DNA of 64,000 nt from the human T2T-CHM13v2.0 reference genome, Homo sapiens. Shown here one piece after another: positions 25,996 through 40,155 of the stretch; the stretch's first letter is position 1, and each line of letters begins with the position of its first letter. The notes under the pieces were generated by a model that made no database searches, was not told where the DNA came from, and saw nothing but the letters and a program-made list of their open reading frames with translations. Made by a program: the position numbers and the translations under genes. The DNA is taken from assembly GCF_009914755.1 (NCBI RefSeq), contig NC_060936.1; one strand, 5' to 3'.

Positions 25996-26629
25996 TGATA
26001 TAGGAGTTAAGAAGAAATTATTTAGGCAGATAATGAGGGTACAGGAGTCCTCAGTAATGTTTTCCTTTTAATGAAAAGCAGCCCTCAAATCATTTTCTTT
26101 TCTAAGAAAGAGCAGCCTGCAAAATCAAGCTGCAGACATAGACAAGCAAGCTAGAAGCTTGCAGGGGTGAATGCCAGCAGTTGTGCCAGTAAGAAAAGGC
26201 TGCCTGGGACTAGGCATGTTCAAAATGGTGGCTCCATGTTCCCTTCCCTTTGCCAGCCACATGTACAGTAAGAAGCAGAAAACATGGCCCCAGCCAAGTG
26301 GAAAGTCCATTTGCATAATAGGATTAGGGTGGGATGGCCAGCCTTCCCTGCACGCTATGTAAGCATCACACCTGGTCCAACCAGTCTGTGGGCTCTACGT
26401 TAATCAGACACTGCTTCCTCAAGCCTGCCTATAAAATTCAGTGCACTATGCCATGGGCCAGATTTCCCTTTTGGGTGCCCCTCTCTCTCACGACAGAGAC
26501 CTGTTCTCTTTTCTCTTTCTTTTGCTGATTAAACCTCTGCTCCTAAACTCACTCTTTGTGTGTGTCTGTGTCCTTAATCTTCTTGGCATGAGACTTTGGG
26601 TATTTACCCCAGACAACAATGCTGCTTCA
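25996..26629 (+). mobile_element. ERV1 solo LTR, LTR27/LTR28-like
   Basis: TG...CA termini, exact 4-bp TSD CCAT, TATAAAA near 26430, ATTAAA at 26528; family name from memory. Confidence 0.85.
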
Positions 26630-27016
26630 CCATCACGTTATGTGGTGGGTTCTGGATATCCTCCCAATTTTATATATTCCATCTTTTATTCTTATGGGAA
26701 AAACTTCTCTTTCTTGGTATAAAAAAACTTTATTTTATTTTATTTGGTAATAAAGAGTTGGTGTCAATTTGTCAGCATATAAAGTTGATCATGGAGTATA
26801 GTCTCATGTGGGTTATTTCTATATGTTGCCCTTTACTCTTTGTTACTGTTTCTGGCTGTTATTTGGATATTTCACTCTGAATTAAAGAGAGATCTGTGAT
26901 AGGATAATGTGTTGTGTCTAATCTGAGGGAGAAAGCATCCAGTCTCACCATCAAGTATAATGTTAGTTATGGGCTTTTAATAAATGCCTTAAAGCAGGTT
27001 TAAAAAAAAAAAAAAA

Positions 27017-27331
<315 letters not shown>

Positions 27332-27439
27332 TTATACTTCTGGTTTTGTTGCCTCCACCTACTATACTGCACAGCTGACTCTCTTGTTTATTCTCTAACT
27401 GCTACCAATTGAAAAAGGAATTGTAGCAACTACCCAGAT

Positions 27440-27657
27440 CAGAGATTGGCAAACTGTGTCCCATTGGCCAAATCATTCCCCTGTTTATTTTTTATAAATT
27501 AAATGTGTTAGAATAAAGCCATGCCCATTTACCTATTGTCTATGATTATTTTCATACTGCAACATCAGAGCTGAGAAATTGTAACAGACAGTGTGGTCCC
27601 TAAAGACTAAAATATTTATTATCTAGCCCTTTACAGAAAAAGTTTGAAAATGCCTAG
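27440..27657 (+). mobile_element. MER58A hAT-Charlie element
   Basis: TGGCAAACT start; CTAAAATATTTATTATCTAGCCCTTTACAGAAAAAGTTTG. Confidence 0.88.
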
Positions 27658-27686
27658 TCCAGTCCAATCCAAATATGAGGTATAGA

Positions 27687-27880
27687 CAGTGGTGTGCTAG
27701 TAATGTTAAACTGTGGGCTTAGGGGAGTACTGTTTTTTAGCATACCCATTTCCTTAGTGTAAACACTTCCACCATGGCCAATTTCAAGCCACCGGTATGA
27801 GGTCAGTGACTGTGGAGTTGGGGAGAGATGTGCATGGCTGGGCTCTCAAGTCAGTGCAAGCCTATTCCAGCACACCACTG
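27687..27880. mobile_element. MER63-type hAT element
   Basis: Perfect 12-bp TIRs CAGTGGTGTGCT / AGCACACCACTG; 8-bp TSD GGTATAGA / AGTACAGA. Confidence 0.88.
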
Positions 27881-29299
27881 AGTACAGAAATCACCCTGTC
27901 TGGAACCTGTAAGTAAACACAGCAGGAACTATAAACCTTGAATTCATGAAAACCCTCCTTGAAGTTGCCCAGCCAGAGGCCTAAGTTCCAAATGTTTTCT
28001 AACCAACCAAGAGCTCATCTCTAGTTCCTTTTCTGGCTACATTTGTGATAAATTTCAAGTGTCTACCTGGAGCTGTTCTTTACATATAACAATTCTTTTA
28101 ACCCTCACAATAACATTCAATTATGAACCCATTTAACAGATGAGAATATTGAAACTAAAAGATGTTATAGAATTTGACCAAGAAAAGAAATTGTTGAAAA
28201 GCCTGCACAACAAAGCAGCTGATTTGGGCCATGGGCCATTTCCTTGCTTGCCGAGTCACGTTTCTGTCTTGTTTCCCTTTCCACTGTGATGAAGATTGAA
28301 AATATTGATGCAAGAGTACTTTTTCCCCAGATTCAAGAGAGGAAGAGTCACTTGCTTCCTGGATTGTGTTCATCAGGAAAGTTGAAAGAGGAGAGACTAT
28401 ATTCATAGGAAAAAAGGCAAAGAATGAAAGAATGGGTCTGGGGGTGGGGAGGAGTGGAATAGAGCCTGAGGGAAAGAGAAAGATAGGAGCTAGCACGAGT
28501 TGAGACTTTAAAGAATTTTGAGACAGAGAAGAGAAGATATTAGGGGTAGCTGCCACAGTGTGATATGCAAGGTGCTGGGAGAGAATGGAGAAAGAGGATT
28601 TTAGACAATTTTGCTACATATAAAGGCATTTCCATCAGGAGCCTTGTTGAAAGACATCAGTGAAAGCTAAATGGCTTTTCTAGGGATTTTTTTGGATATT
28701 AGCCTAATACTTCTTTAATGCAACACTGTGTTGAGACTATTTAGAACATGCTAAGATTAATATGTTATCCATTCCATCTAATGCTGAAGAGAATGAAATC
28801 CTTTTCTTTTAAAGACAAAGCATTTGGGTTGTGGCTTTTATTATCCACAATAGAAAGGAGTCATCAATGCACTCAGTACAGACATCAGAATAAGGCAAAA
28901 TCTAGAACTTCATGGTTGAGCAGACGAAGCCCATTGTCTCCAAACAAGCCCCTTCAAATGAACAGAACAGAGTCCACCATGTGTCGGGGCTATAAAAGGT
29001 GACAGTCTCAGTCGCCATCCATAAGAAGTGTACAGCCTGGCAAGAGAGACCAGACACATAAATGACTATAGGAAATAGCTGCTGTGAGACTCTATAAAGT
29101 GATACGTCAAGAGCCTCTGCATTCCTGCCTGGACTGTCTTCTACCTTTGTATTGCATTTTGAAGTTTAGTGCCTGTGCACAGGCAGGCTGCTAACTACAG
29201 TCACAGCCAGCCCGATTTTTAACAGGCATAAAGCGGGAGCATTTCTTACAAGAACTATCTACCCATCTAAGACTTTTCTTCCTTTATTGATACCTTCAT

Positions 29300-29775
29300 C
29301 CCAACTCCTCCCCCAACACACACACCTGCTTGGGACACAATTGTATGGGGATGTGATGCTCGGAATTACAGCAGCTATACGGTGAGCCAAAAAAGAGTCA
29401 AAAGAATGTTAGAGACACCAACCCAATGTCTTGACATGGTAAAGCTCCTGAGTGAACCAACCGTAGATTCACCACTTTCTAGATTTCCCATGTGAAATAA
29501 CCGTCTCTACTATATAAGCTACTTGAATGCTGGCTCTGCAATTTACCCATTGTGTGAGCTTAAGCAAATTATTCAACCTCTTGGTACCTATTTCTTCATA
29601 TTTTAAAATGCTCATAATAATAACAATACTTACAGGGTTGTGTGACAAATAAGTTAATACATGTAAACATAGTATATTTCTTAAATCACAGTTAAGTGAT
29701 CAATAAATATTAGTTATTACTATTACTAGTTGCATATTTTGCTGCTTATAGGCATAAACTATTTCTAACACAGAC
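29300..29775 (+). mobile_element. MLT1J/K/L-like LTR interrupted by a MIR (about 29525-29720)
   Basis: GATGTGATGCTCGGAATTACAGCAGC, TTCTAGATTTCCCATGTGAAATAA; MIR core TGTGTGAGCTTAAGCAAATTATTCAACCTC. Confidence 0.55.
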
Positions 29776-29959
29776 ATTTACTTTAAAATGTAAATGATTG
29801 GTAGTAGCTTCCAGCATTATTTTGCAAGCTTATAACATACCATTCTTTAACATAAGTTAGTGAGTATTTATTGAGCCCTTTTTAAGGGCGAGACTCTGTT
29901 CTAGACACCGAAGGAATGAATATCTGGAATTGAAATTTCTGGATTCAGTAGATCAATGG

Positions 29960-31284
29960 GATAGATATTTGGGAAAGACAAAGGAACACTGCTGCTATCT
30001 CAATATCACATAATTGACAATGTTCACTTAGGACATAAAGAGTTGGTGCATGCTGTGCCCTATATTTGGCTGCATGCTGGAAAGCACAAGACTTCATCCA
30101 GCACAACCATTCCACTTACACATCCAGGTAAAGGTGATGCCACTACAGCAAGTTTTGTCCGTTTTTCTTTTTGTATATGAACTCTTACTGTGACTTTGAC
30201 ACCTTCTACGATGACATTGGAATGCCCCTCAAGCCTCACTCTTGGTCCCTTAATATTTCACCTCTTTCTCTCCAGCATGCATTACAGAGCAGTGCATCAA
30301 TATCCAGGAAACTTAAAAAGCTTCATTCTCCAGCCCCAGGCTATTCCATTCTACCCAGAGCATACGGCTTCAGATCCCCTGCTGGAGGTTGGGCAGGGAG
30401 ATCTTGGCCTTCAAGTCAACCTGCTTTGGGTTTCACTGCTTTAACAGAGGAGTAAATTTAACACCTGGGCCAGCACTTTGTATCCTCATTCCCTTTTGGC
30501 ATCACTGGGCTTACATTTCTACAGACTTTGATAAAGCAACAGATCTAACAGAATTTTTTAGTGGTGGCCGCTGCTGGTGCTAGATTAGATTTCTCCCAAC
30601 CTCTGATAACTTGTCAGTAAGTTTTTCATAGGAGTCCTGTCAATTTCCTACCACTTCATCACATGTCTTTGCAGCCACCTAAATAGTTCTACCTGATTCT
30701 TCCTTTTCTTTTCTTCCTTATTCCAAGAATTCCTTTTTCCCTGGTAATTTGCTTTCTTCTACATAGTCCAGATTTTCTTTGGCAGCTGCAAGAATAAACT
30801 CATCATTGCCCTTATCTACCCTCCTTTCCTTCCAGTGGGAGGGTCACTTCCGAGCCCATGTGAAAGGCGTTCCCCAAGCACAGTAGGATACCATTTGGTA
30901 CTGCTCATCTCTGATTCTGTCATAGCTAGTCCAGGGCTGCTGTGCCCTTAACAGGTCCTTGTGTCTGCAGGGATGCTCTGTTTCACTGCTGATGAGAGAA
31001 CTGGGCAGATGCCTGCCTTGGCCCAGGCACTCCCCGACTTCAGCCTTCACCCATTCCTCACAGGCATTACTCTTACTCCAGCAGGTAATTCTGAATGCCA
31101 AGCTACAGCAGGTTGTGTACTGGTACAAATACCAAATACCTCCTTCCATTCTGCAGATTCCAAAAATAAATTATGAGGCCCTAGGTCAACTCACCTGACA
31201 ATCCAGAAAAGCAGGGATTCCCAGGCAACCGATGATATTTTTCACAAAATGGCCCAGCTCTTTTACACTGCAGCCCCTGGTTTC
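29960..31284 (-). pseudogene. Decayed class III (ERVL-type, ERV3-16A3-like) gag-protease internal fragment
   Basis: Manual translation with frameshifts: ETRGCSVKELGHFV/KYHRLPG/ESLLFWIVR*VDLGPHNLFLESAEW (gag), VELFRWLQRHVMKW*EIDRTPMKNLLTSYQRLG (gag C-term), GDLKPYA...FLSFLDIDA and VVASPLPGCVSGMVVL (protease), in the expected order. Confidence 0.8.
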
Positions 31285-32146
31285 CAGCAGGTGAGGAAAG
31301 AGTTAACACCAGGGCTGGCCAAGCCTGACTGGAAAAATGACCTCTGAGTCTGTCGTCCCAGAGTATTGTTTTTTTCTGGAGGCTGCAGAGTTAGGATCAG
31401 TGTGGAATTTATCCTATGATTGTCGTGTTTGCTGTGAGAGCCCTAATCCAGGGGAATGGATCTGTGAGCTGGCACACAGGCCTTAGGCTTACGTGTGCAC
31501 AGTGGTTTAAAATAATGGTGGGGAGCCACCTGCAATGTACCCACATGTTATGCAGGTGGGGGGACTAAAGAGACAGTGTGGGCCCAACAGCTGCTGGGCC
31601 TTCCAATGAACTGAAGATGCCCTGTGGCTGTATCTCCTTCCTTGCACCCCTCTATAAAGTTACCAAAAAATGTATTATTAGATTAAAGCTTATTGTGTCT
31701 TGTGAGTCCAATTGACAACTTAAACTGATATCAACCACTACAGAGGAACAACATAAAAATGCTTTGAGGAAGTATTCTACATATTTAGGAAAGAATTTTT
31801 ACTAGAAAACAATGAAATATCAGAAATATAAGAATACTGGTTGTATTTATATTCAGTCCATGTAGTCTTTCTGAGTTTTCTGCCAAGCAGCCTATTACCC
31901 TAGCCCCACTGCCCCTGTCTCTAGCCTCAGGGTGAGGCTTTCTGTCACCTTCTCCACTTTCATCAGCCAAAACCAGTGCTCCGACAGGTCCCAGGTCCTT
32001 CCTCACGGGCCAAAGTTAATCCACCGCATCTCCCTCCCCTGCTTCGCTCATTCCACCTGGATCCCAGTTTCCTTATCTGTACAATGAAGACAGTAAGAAT
32101 GACAAAGAAAAGCAGAATTAGAAAGAAATTACTCCAGCTATTGTTT

Positions 32147-32854
<708 letters not shown>

Positions 32855-33429
32855 GTTTTAATAACCTGTGATTCATATAATTATTTCAATGTTTCTAAAC
32901 TCAAATTCAACACTTTTAAAGAGTGTCAAAGGCAGGGAGTAAGCTGAAGAAAGCTTCGAAGGCAAGGACCACGTATTTTATGATGCTGTTCTTATGAACC
33001 TAAGACCTAAATCAGCTAGTACCAAGATAGTACAGGGGGTGAGGTTCATTTTGGATTTTGTTTTTAGTCTGTGACAAAGTCCATGCTGTTGTCGATGTGT
33101 CGTGCCAGTAGTTTTTTGGGACATTCAATAGGGTACTTGACTATGTCTGGTGGGAGTTTTCTTCAAGGCTATCAATATAATGAAAGCAAGTCAAGTGGAA
33201 GTGATTCTAGATAATGGCCAAGCTGGAAATATTGGTTCCAGTCAAACGGCATCAGAAAGATTCCACTTCCCCTTTGTCAATAACAAATTAAGTAGCTCTA
33301 CAGATGGCCAAATAGCATGTATACTGAGAAGAAAGAGAAGAGAAGGAAGCACCAACCGGACTTATTTCACCCACCCTAACTCTTGCGTGATCTTTATCCC
33401 TCTTATCAGTTACCCACATAGATCACAGC

Positions 33430-33593
33430 TGTGCTGTTCAAATATTTTTCACAACCAATGAGGAAAGATTTATTTTTTTATCTTGACCCAATATTTTATA
33501 TTTTCCACTTTATTTTTTATTGCAGGCAGTGACCCACTAAATTGATTTTATGACCCCACAAACAGTTCACATCCTACGGTTTTGAAATCACTG
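33430..33593. mobile_element. hAT-Charlie fragment (Charlie4z-like)
   Basis: GACCCACTAAATTGATTTTATGACCC...TTTGAAATCACTG terminus. Confidence 0.55.
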
Positions 33594-34116
33594 GACTAAA
33601 CTATGTGAGGACTTTACAGAATGGTGTTAAAATTCAGCAATTATCCTTGCCCCGTGTTAGTTTAGATGACTTCATTGATTGGCCTCTAGGGAAAGCCTGA
33701 GGCTCCTGCCTTCTTATTCTTACCTCCCCCTCCTCCCCAAAGGAGAATCTATCTCTTGATTGATCTCATTCCAAGACACAGCATTAGGACTCACTCTAGT
33801 GGGTGGAGTGTCCTAAGAGATGAAGAGGTTGAACACAGGGTTATCTAAAAGAAGAGCTTCCTCCTGAGAAGGTCTGAGACAGGTAATGGAACACTTCCTT
33901 CCCCAGGCCTTTGGAAAACTTTCCACCTAATGTCCCTCTCTGCTCTTCTATCTGCTAGGAGATACTTTGGGCAGTTCTTCCATGTGTGTCATTCCGTTGG
34001 AATGGCAAAATGCAGACTTTTCAATGGAAGCCAGCAAAGTGGTTCTTTCAGCCCACTTGAGCTTTGTCCATAAGATGGGCCACAGCAAGTATTGTTTCTT
34101 AATATAGTGTTGTGCC

Positions 34117-35885
34117 ATTGCTACAAAAAGAATAAAATATTTAGGAATAGTTAGCAAGGGAAGTGAAGGACCTCTTCAAGGAGAACTACAAACCACTGCT
34201 CAAAGAAATCAGAGGAGACACAAACAAATAGAAAAACATTCCATGCTTATGGATAGGAAGAAATCAATATCATGAAAATGGCCAGACTGCCAAAACTAAT
34301 TTATAGATTCAAGGCTATTCCCATTAAACTACCATTGACATTCTTCACAGAATTACAAAAAATGATTTTAAAATTCATATGGAACCAAAAAAAAGGGCCC
34401 AAATAGCCAAGACAATCCTAAGCAAAAAGAACAAAGCTGGAGACATCATTCTACCTGATTTCAAACTATACTACAAGGCTACAGTAACCAAAACAGCATG
34501 GTACTTGTACAAGAACAGACACATAGACCAATGGAACAAATGGAGAACTCAGAAATAAGACCACACACCTACAACCATCTGATCTTCAACAAACCTGACA
34601 GAAACAATCAATGAAGAAAGGACTCTCTATTTAATAAGTGGTGCTGGGAGAGCTGGCTAGCCATATGCAGAAAATTGAAACTGGACCCCTTCCTTACACC
34701 ATACACAAAAATTAACTCAAGATGGATTAAAGACTTAAATGTAAAGCCCAAAACTATAAAAGCCCTAGAAGAAAATTTAGGCAATACTATCCAGGACATA
34801 GGCACAGACAAAGATTTCATGATGAAAACGCCAAAAGCAATTGCAACAAAAGCAAAAATTGACAAATGGGATCTAATTAAACTAAAGAGCTTCTGCATGG
34901 CAAAAGGAATTATCATCAGGGTGAACAGATAACTTACAGAATGGGAGAAATTTTTGAAGTTTATCCATCTGACAAAGGTCTAACATCTGGCATCTACAAG
35001 AAACTTACACAAATTTACAAGAAAAAAAACAAACAACCACATTTAAAATGGACAAAATACATGAACAGACACTTCTCAAAAGACATACATGTGGCCAAGA
35101 AACAGATGAGAAAATGCTCAACATCAGTGATCACTGAAAATGCAAATAAAACCACAATGAATACTATCTCACACCAGTCAGAATGTCAATTATGAAAAAG
35201 TCAAAGAACAACAGATGCTGACGAGGTTGCAGAGAAAAAGGAATGCTTTTACACTGTTGGTGGGACTGTGTGAATTAGTTCAACCTGTGTGGAAGATGGT
35301 GTGGCAATTCCTCAAAGACCTAGAGCCAGAAATACCATTTGACCCAGAAATCCCGTTACCAGGTATATATGCAAAGGAATATAAATCATTCTACTGTAAA
35401 GATACATGCACGTGTATGTTCATTGCAACCTATTCACAGTAGCAAAGACATGGAATCAACCCAAATGCCCATCAATAATAGACTGGATAAAGAAAATGTG
35501 GTATGAATACTCCATGGAATATTATGTAATCATAAAAAAGAATGAGATTATGTCCTTTGCAGGGACATGAATGGAGTTGGAAACTATTGTCCCCAGCAAA
35601 CTAACACAGGAACAGAAAACCAAATATCACATGTTCTCACTTATAAGTGGGAGCTGAATCATGAGAACATATGGACACAATGTGGGGTGAGCAACATACA
35701 CTGGGGCCTGTTGGGGGTGGGGAGGGAGAGCATCAGAAAGAATAGCTAATGGACGCTGGGCTTAATACCTAGGTGATGGGATGATCTGTGCAGCAAACAA
35801 CCATGGCACACGTTTACCTATGTTACAAACCTACACATCCTGCATATGTACCCCTGAACTTAAAATAAAATTTAAAGAAATGAAA
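34117..35885 (+). mobile_element. 5'-truncated L1PA (PA8A-PA13 range)
   Basis: ORF2 peptides [20 protein letters not shown]; degenerate TSD ATATAGTGTTGTGCC / ATGTAGTATTATGCC. Confidence 0.95.
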
Positions 35886-37909
35886 TATATGTAGTATTAT
35901 GCCTGGGGTTTTTCAATAGTTCTATAAACTATTTTCTCAAGCTGGCAAAATTCTGGTGAGTAAGGAAGTTTTAACTTCTGAATTTTCTTGAGTTTCTGCC
36001 CCATCCCCACCCCATCCCCAAGGCTTGAAAGCTGCTTGAGATTGCATTATTGGTGTATAGATGTATCAGCCTGGGAAATTATCTGTAATTATCCTCTGCC
36101 TCATCTTTGATGAACTTAAAAGTGAAGTGAAGACAAGCCAAAAGGGATCTTTTTCACTTCCTAAAATTTGACATCTTGGGTTCTTGATTTACATAGTCTA
36201 CTAACTAAGAATTAAAGATCTATAGGTAATCTTGTTCTGTTCTAAATGATCTCTATTAACATATCTAAATATGAGACAGTTATCCAGGCTCAAATACTAT
36301 TCAACACAACTCGATTCCAAGGCATGGGTAGTTGAACAATCCTCTTTGGTTCTGATTCATCTACAGGAGAAAATGTGAGCTCCATGAAAATAGGAAATAT
36401 GTCTGTTTCTTTATCACTGAATGGTCAACTCCCAGCAACAATGGCCTGGTTTAGAAAATACACCCACTAAATATTTGTTGAACGAACACAAACATGATGA
36501 ATAAATAACAAAAAAAAAATCTAAGAGGTGCTGAGAAGAAGGGGAGGACTTGGCTCAAAGGAAGTGATACGATAAGCAGGACATCCAGGAGCCCTGACGT
36601 TCTATTGGACCATTACCGAACAGATCCTCAGGGCTCATGAACAGGGCTATTTCAGAGCTGCCACTTCTATTCCTGCTCTTCCCCAGGCAGAACCTAGCAA
36701 CACAGAACCAGAGGACTAGCTGGGTATCCTGCCAGCCTCCTCCAGGCTCACAGTCCTCTAAATACTGCAGTAATTGCAAACATTTATCGAACACTAATGA
36801 CAAATTGAGCCCAAACACAGAATTAGACTCAGTGCCTCTCCATAAAGCAAATCCCAAGAGCTATGAAAATGCCATAATAGTAATTCTCAACACTAATATC
36901 TTGGGACAAATATGTACATGACCACAAAGGTTAAGGGCTCTGCTCCCAATTACTAAAGGGTGACAGTCTCCTTCACTTCTCATCATCTGTTTTATTGCCA
37001 CTATATTGTCAGTGTTGTCACCATGGTGCCTAGCACATTTTTTATACTGTTCATACAGATCTTTATCGAGTGTGAGTGGTGTGTTCATTTCCCCTCTTAA
37101 CTCCAGGCTCCCTCTGTGATTGTCTCTGATGGTTGAGATGGGATGGATGCTGTGTGGGATTAATGAGAAGCCACCGTCCCCTCTGAAATCCTTTCATTTG
37201 TGGGCCCACTTGAACACTAATACGATCAAAAGATTTCAAAGAGGCCAGGACCACTAAAGCAAGAGTCGATCCAAGGAGCCCATCTAAGAAAGAAGAGCTT
37301 TTAAAAACGAATGTAAGTGCCTGTTCTCAAAATTTAAACAGAATGGTGAATCTTAAACAGCCTCATACGAAACTCAGTGTTTATTAACCTGAGTTTTCAT
37401 CTCAAATATTAAAAGACTAAAGATAAAAGGATTAAAAGAGAAATTTTCCCATCCCAGGTTCCCTAATTTTTTTCACACAGCTCAAAGACTGTTTTGCTAG
37501 CAGTACTCTGACGATGGAGCTACATGTCACACTCAAAAGGCAGCACAGTGATTTCAAATTGATAAATTGCACGCATGTATTGGTATCTGAATGCATCAAA
37601 TCACTAAAGCAGGCACTATTTTCATGCAAGCTCATGAACGGGCTTTAGTGTAAAACTTCCAGCAATCAGTACTACCTGTAAAACAAAAATATCAGGGACA
37701 TAAACTTTTGTCCTTCAAAGAAATAAAAAAATTTTATGAAATAGGCCATGTCTTATTTATTTCTTGACTTATTGCCACCTGATAGCTGCTGTCTATCTTC
37801 CAGTTTTTTGCACTTAACATTTTGAGAAAAGCCCACTTTATATTTCAGAGTGATTTGACTCTGACTGAAGACCATGAATTTTTTTTTTTTTTGGCAGGGG
37901 GTGGGGTAA

Positions 37910-38365
<456 letters not shown>

Positions 38366-38481
38366 TGAATAAACTTTTTGGTTGTGTGAAAAATCTTGAA
38401 TCAAGCAGAGATCTTATTCTAGAATAGAGGTTGTTACAGATCTGCTGGCTGGTCCTTGTGATGAGTATTTTTGGAAGAGGG

Positions 38482-38690
38482 AGCATAGTTTAATGGTTAT
38501 ACCCTCAGATGGTGGGGATATACTGCCCAAGTTCAAATCCTAGCTTCTTCCATTTACTAGCTTTGTGATTTTGTTACAATTTACTAATCCCTTTGTGCAT
38601 TGGTTTTCTTATCTGTAAAACTGGAGAACAGCATTTTTCATAGGACTACCTGAGGACTATATGAGTTGATACATAAGAAACGCGGAAGAG
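38482..38690 (+). mobile_element. MIR
   Basis: GTTCAAATCCTAGC...TTACTAGCTTTGTGA...TTATCTGTAAAA. Confidence 0.8.
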
Positions 38691-39369
38691 AATCTACAAA
38701 GTAGCGATTTCTATATATGTACTAGATTGTCATTCTCTGTTGGCCAAATTTCATCTCACAGATTATTTCCTTATAGGAAAGAAGGAGAAACAAAGTGAGC
38801 TTGTTTCTGTAAGTGAAGACACAGTGGCAACAGTCAGCAGTTCAGCCTTAAGGACAGAGTCATAGGTAATAGCCTGTGGATGAGGCTTCATTCAAACAAC
38901 TACCATGTTTGAGATGCATTTAGATTTTCTCAATTATGATCACTGATTAATCTCAAATATTCAGCAAAATCTTTTTAATTTTGCAGCCTTATCTCACCCA
39001 TCCTTGTGAGAGGTAAGATCTTTTGAAGAAGGAAGGAAAGCCCCAGAGCCAGACCATGGGCAGAGTGGGTAAGGAATAATCAGAAAGATCTGAGGAGTAG
39101 GGGCAGATGCCCTGGGGATTTCCAGGGAGCAGTGAATTAAAGAACATAGTAAAAGGCTTGATTTCTTGCAAATAAGCAGCATGCGGACTTGCACCTTATG
39201 CATTTGGGCATAACGTGAAAGCATAGTCTTATCCTGTGGTCATGTGTAGATATTTACCTTTTAGGCTGCCTGTTCCCATTTCTGATGTTTGAGAGATTTC
39301 TATGAGCCTCAAGCGTAAACACTTGCCTTCCCTATTCCTAAAAGTTAGTGAGCTCTCTACCCCTGAACT

Positions 39370-39680
39370 CTAATGCCAAACTGGGTGTGACTTTAGCCAG
39401 TTTAACCGCCCTTATCTTTAATTCTTAATCTGATAACACAAAGAAGCAAGACAGGAAAGATTCATTCTGGGAGAGGCAGCAGCCACATATAGTACCCTGG
39501 GAGCACGGGCTGTGGTGCTGTTGGCAACAGTCTTTAGCAACCTGTTTCAGGGTTTGATTCTGGCTGTGGTCCTGTGTGCCCAGCCCCCCTGCATTCCTGC
39601 CTTTTCTCCAGCCTGGCTCTTTAGACTCACTGTCCTTTTTGCATCCTACCCAGTGTCCTTCAAAACAAAATCTTCTTATC
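39370..39680 (+). mobile_element. LTR33-like ERVL LTR, 5' part (3' end at about 47896-47963)
   Basis: TGATTCTGGCTGTGGTCCTG...TTCCTGCC...AGCCTGGCTCT...CTACCCAGTGTCCTTC; continues 8.2 kb later as CTACTTAA...GAGTTGATTTCTATTGTTTACAACC. Confidence 0.7.
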
Positions 39681-39794
39681 AATGGGAGAAAATATTTGCA
39701 AATGTACATCTGACAAGGGGCTAATACACAAAACATACACAGAACTCAAAAAACTCAAGAGCATAAAAACAACCCAATTTAAAAATGGACAAAG

Positions 39795-40119
<325 letters not shown>

Positions 40120-40145
40120 AAAATGAGCAAAGAGACGAGGCTAGC

Positions 40146-40155
40146 AAGATGGCCG
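40146..40155 (+). promoter_or_regulatory. Intact YY1 site of the L1 internal promoter
   Basis: AAGATGGCCG at the known L1 5' position. Confidence 0.75.

Noticed and set aside
31290-31730. Possible LTR belonging to the adjacent gag-pro fragment
   Set aside because: Vaguely LTR-like but seems opposite in orientation; no clear termini, primer-binding site or family match
37547-37605. AGTGATTT...AAATCACT as a miRNA-like hairpin
   Set aside because: Only an 8-bp stem with poor internal pairing
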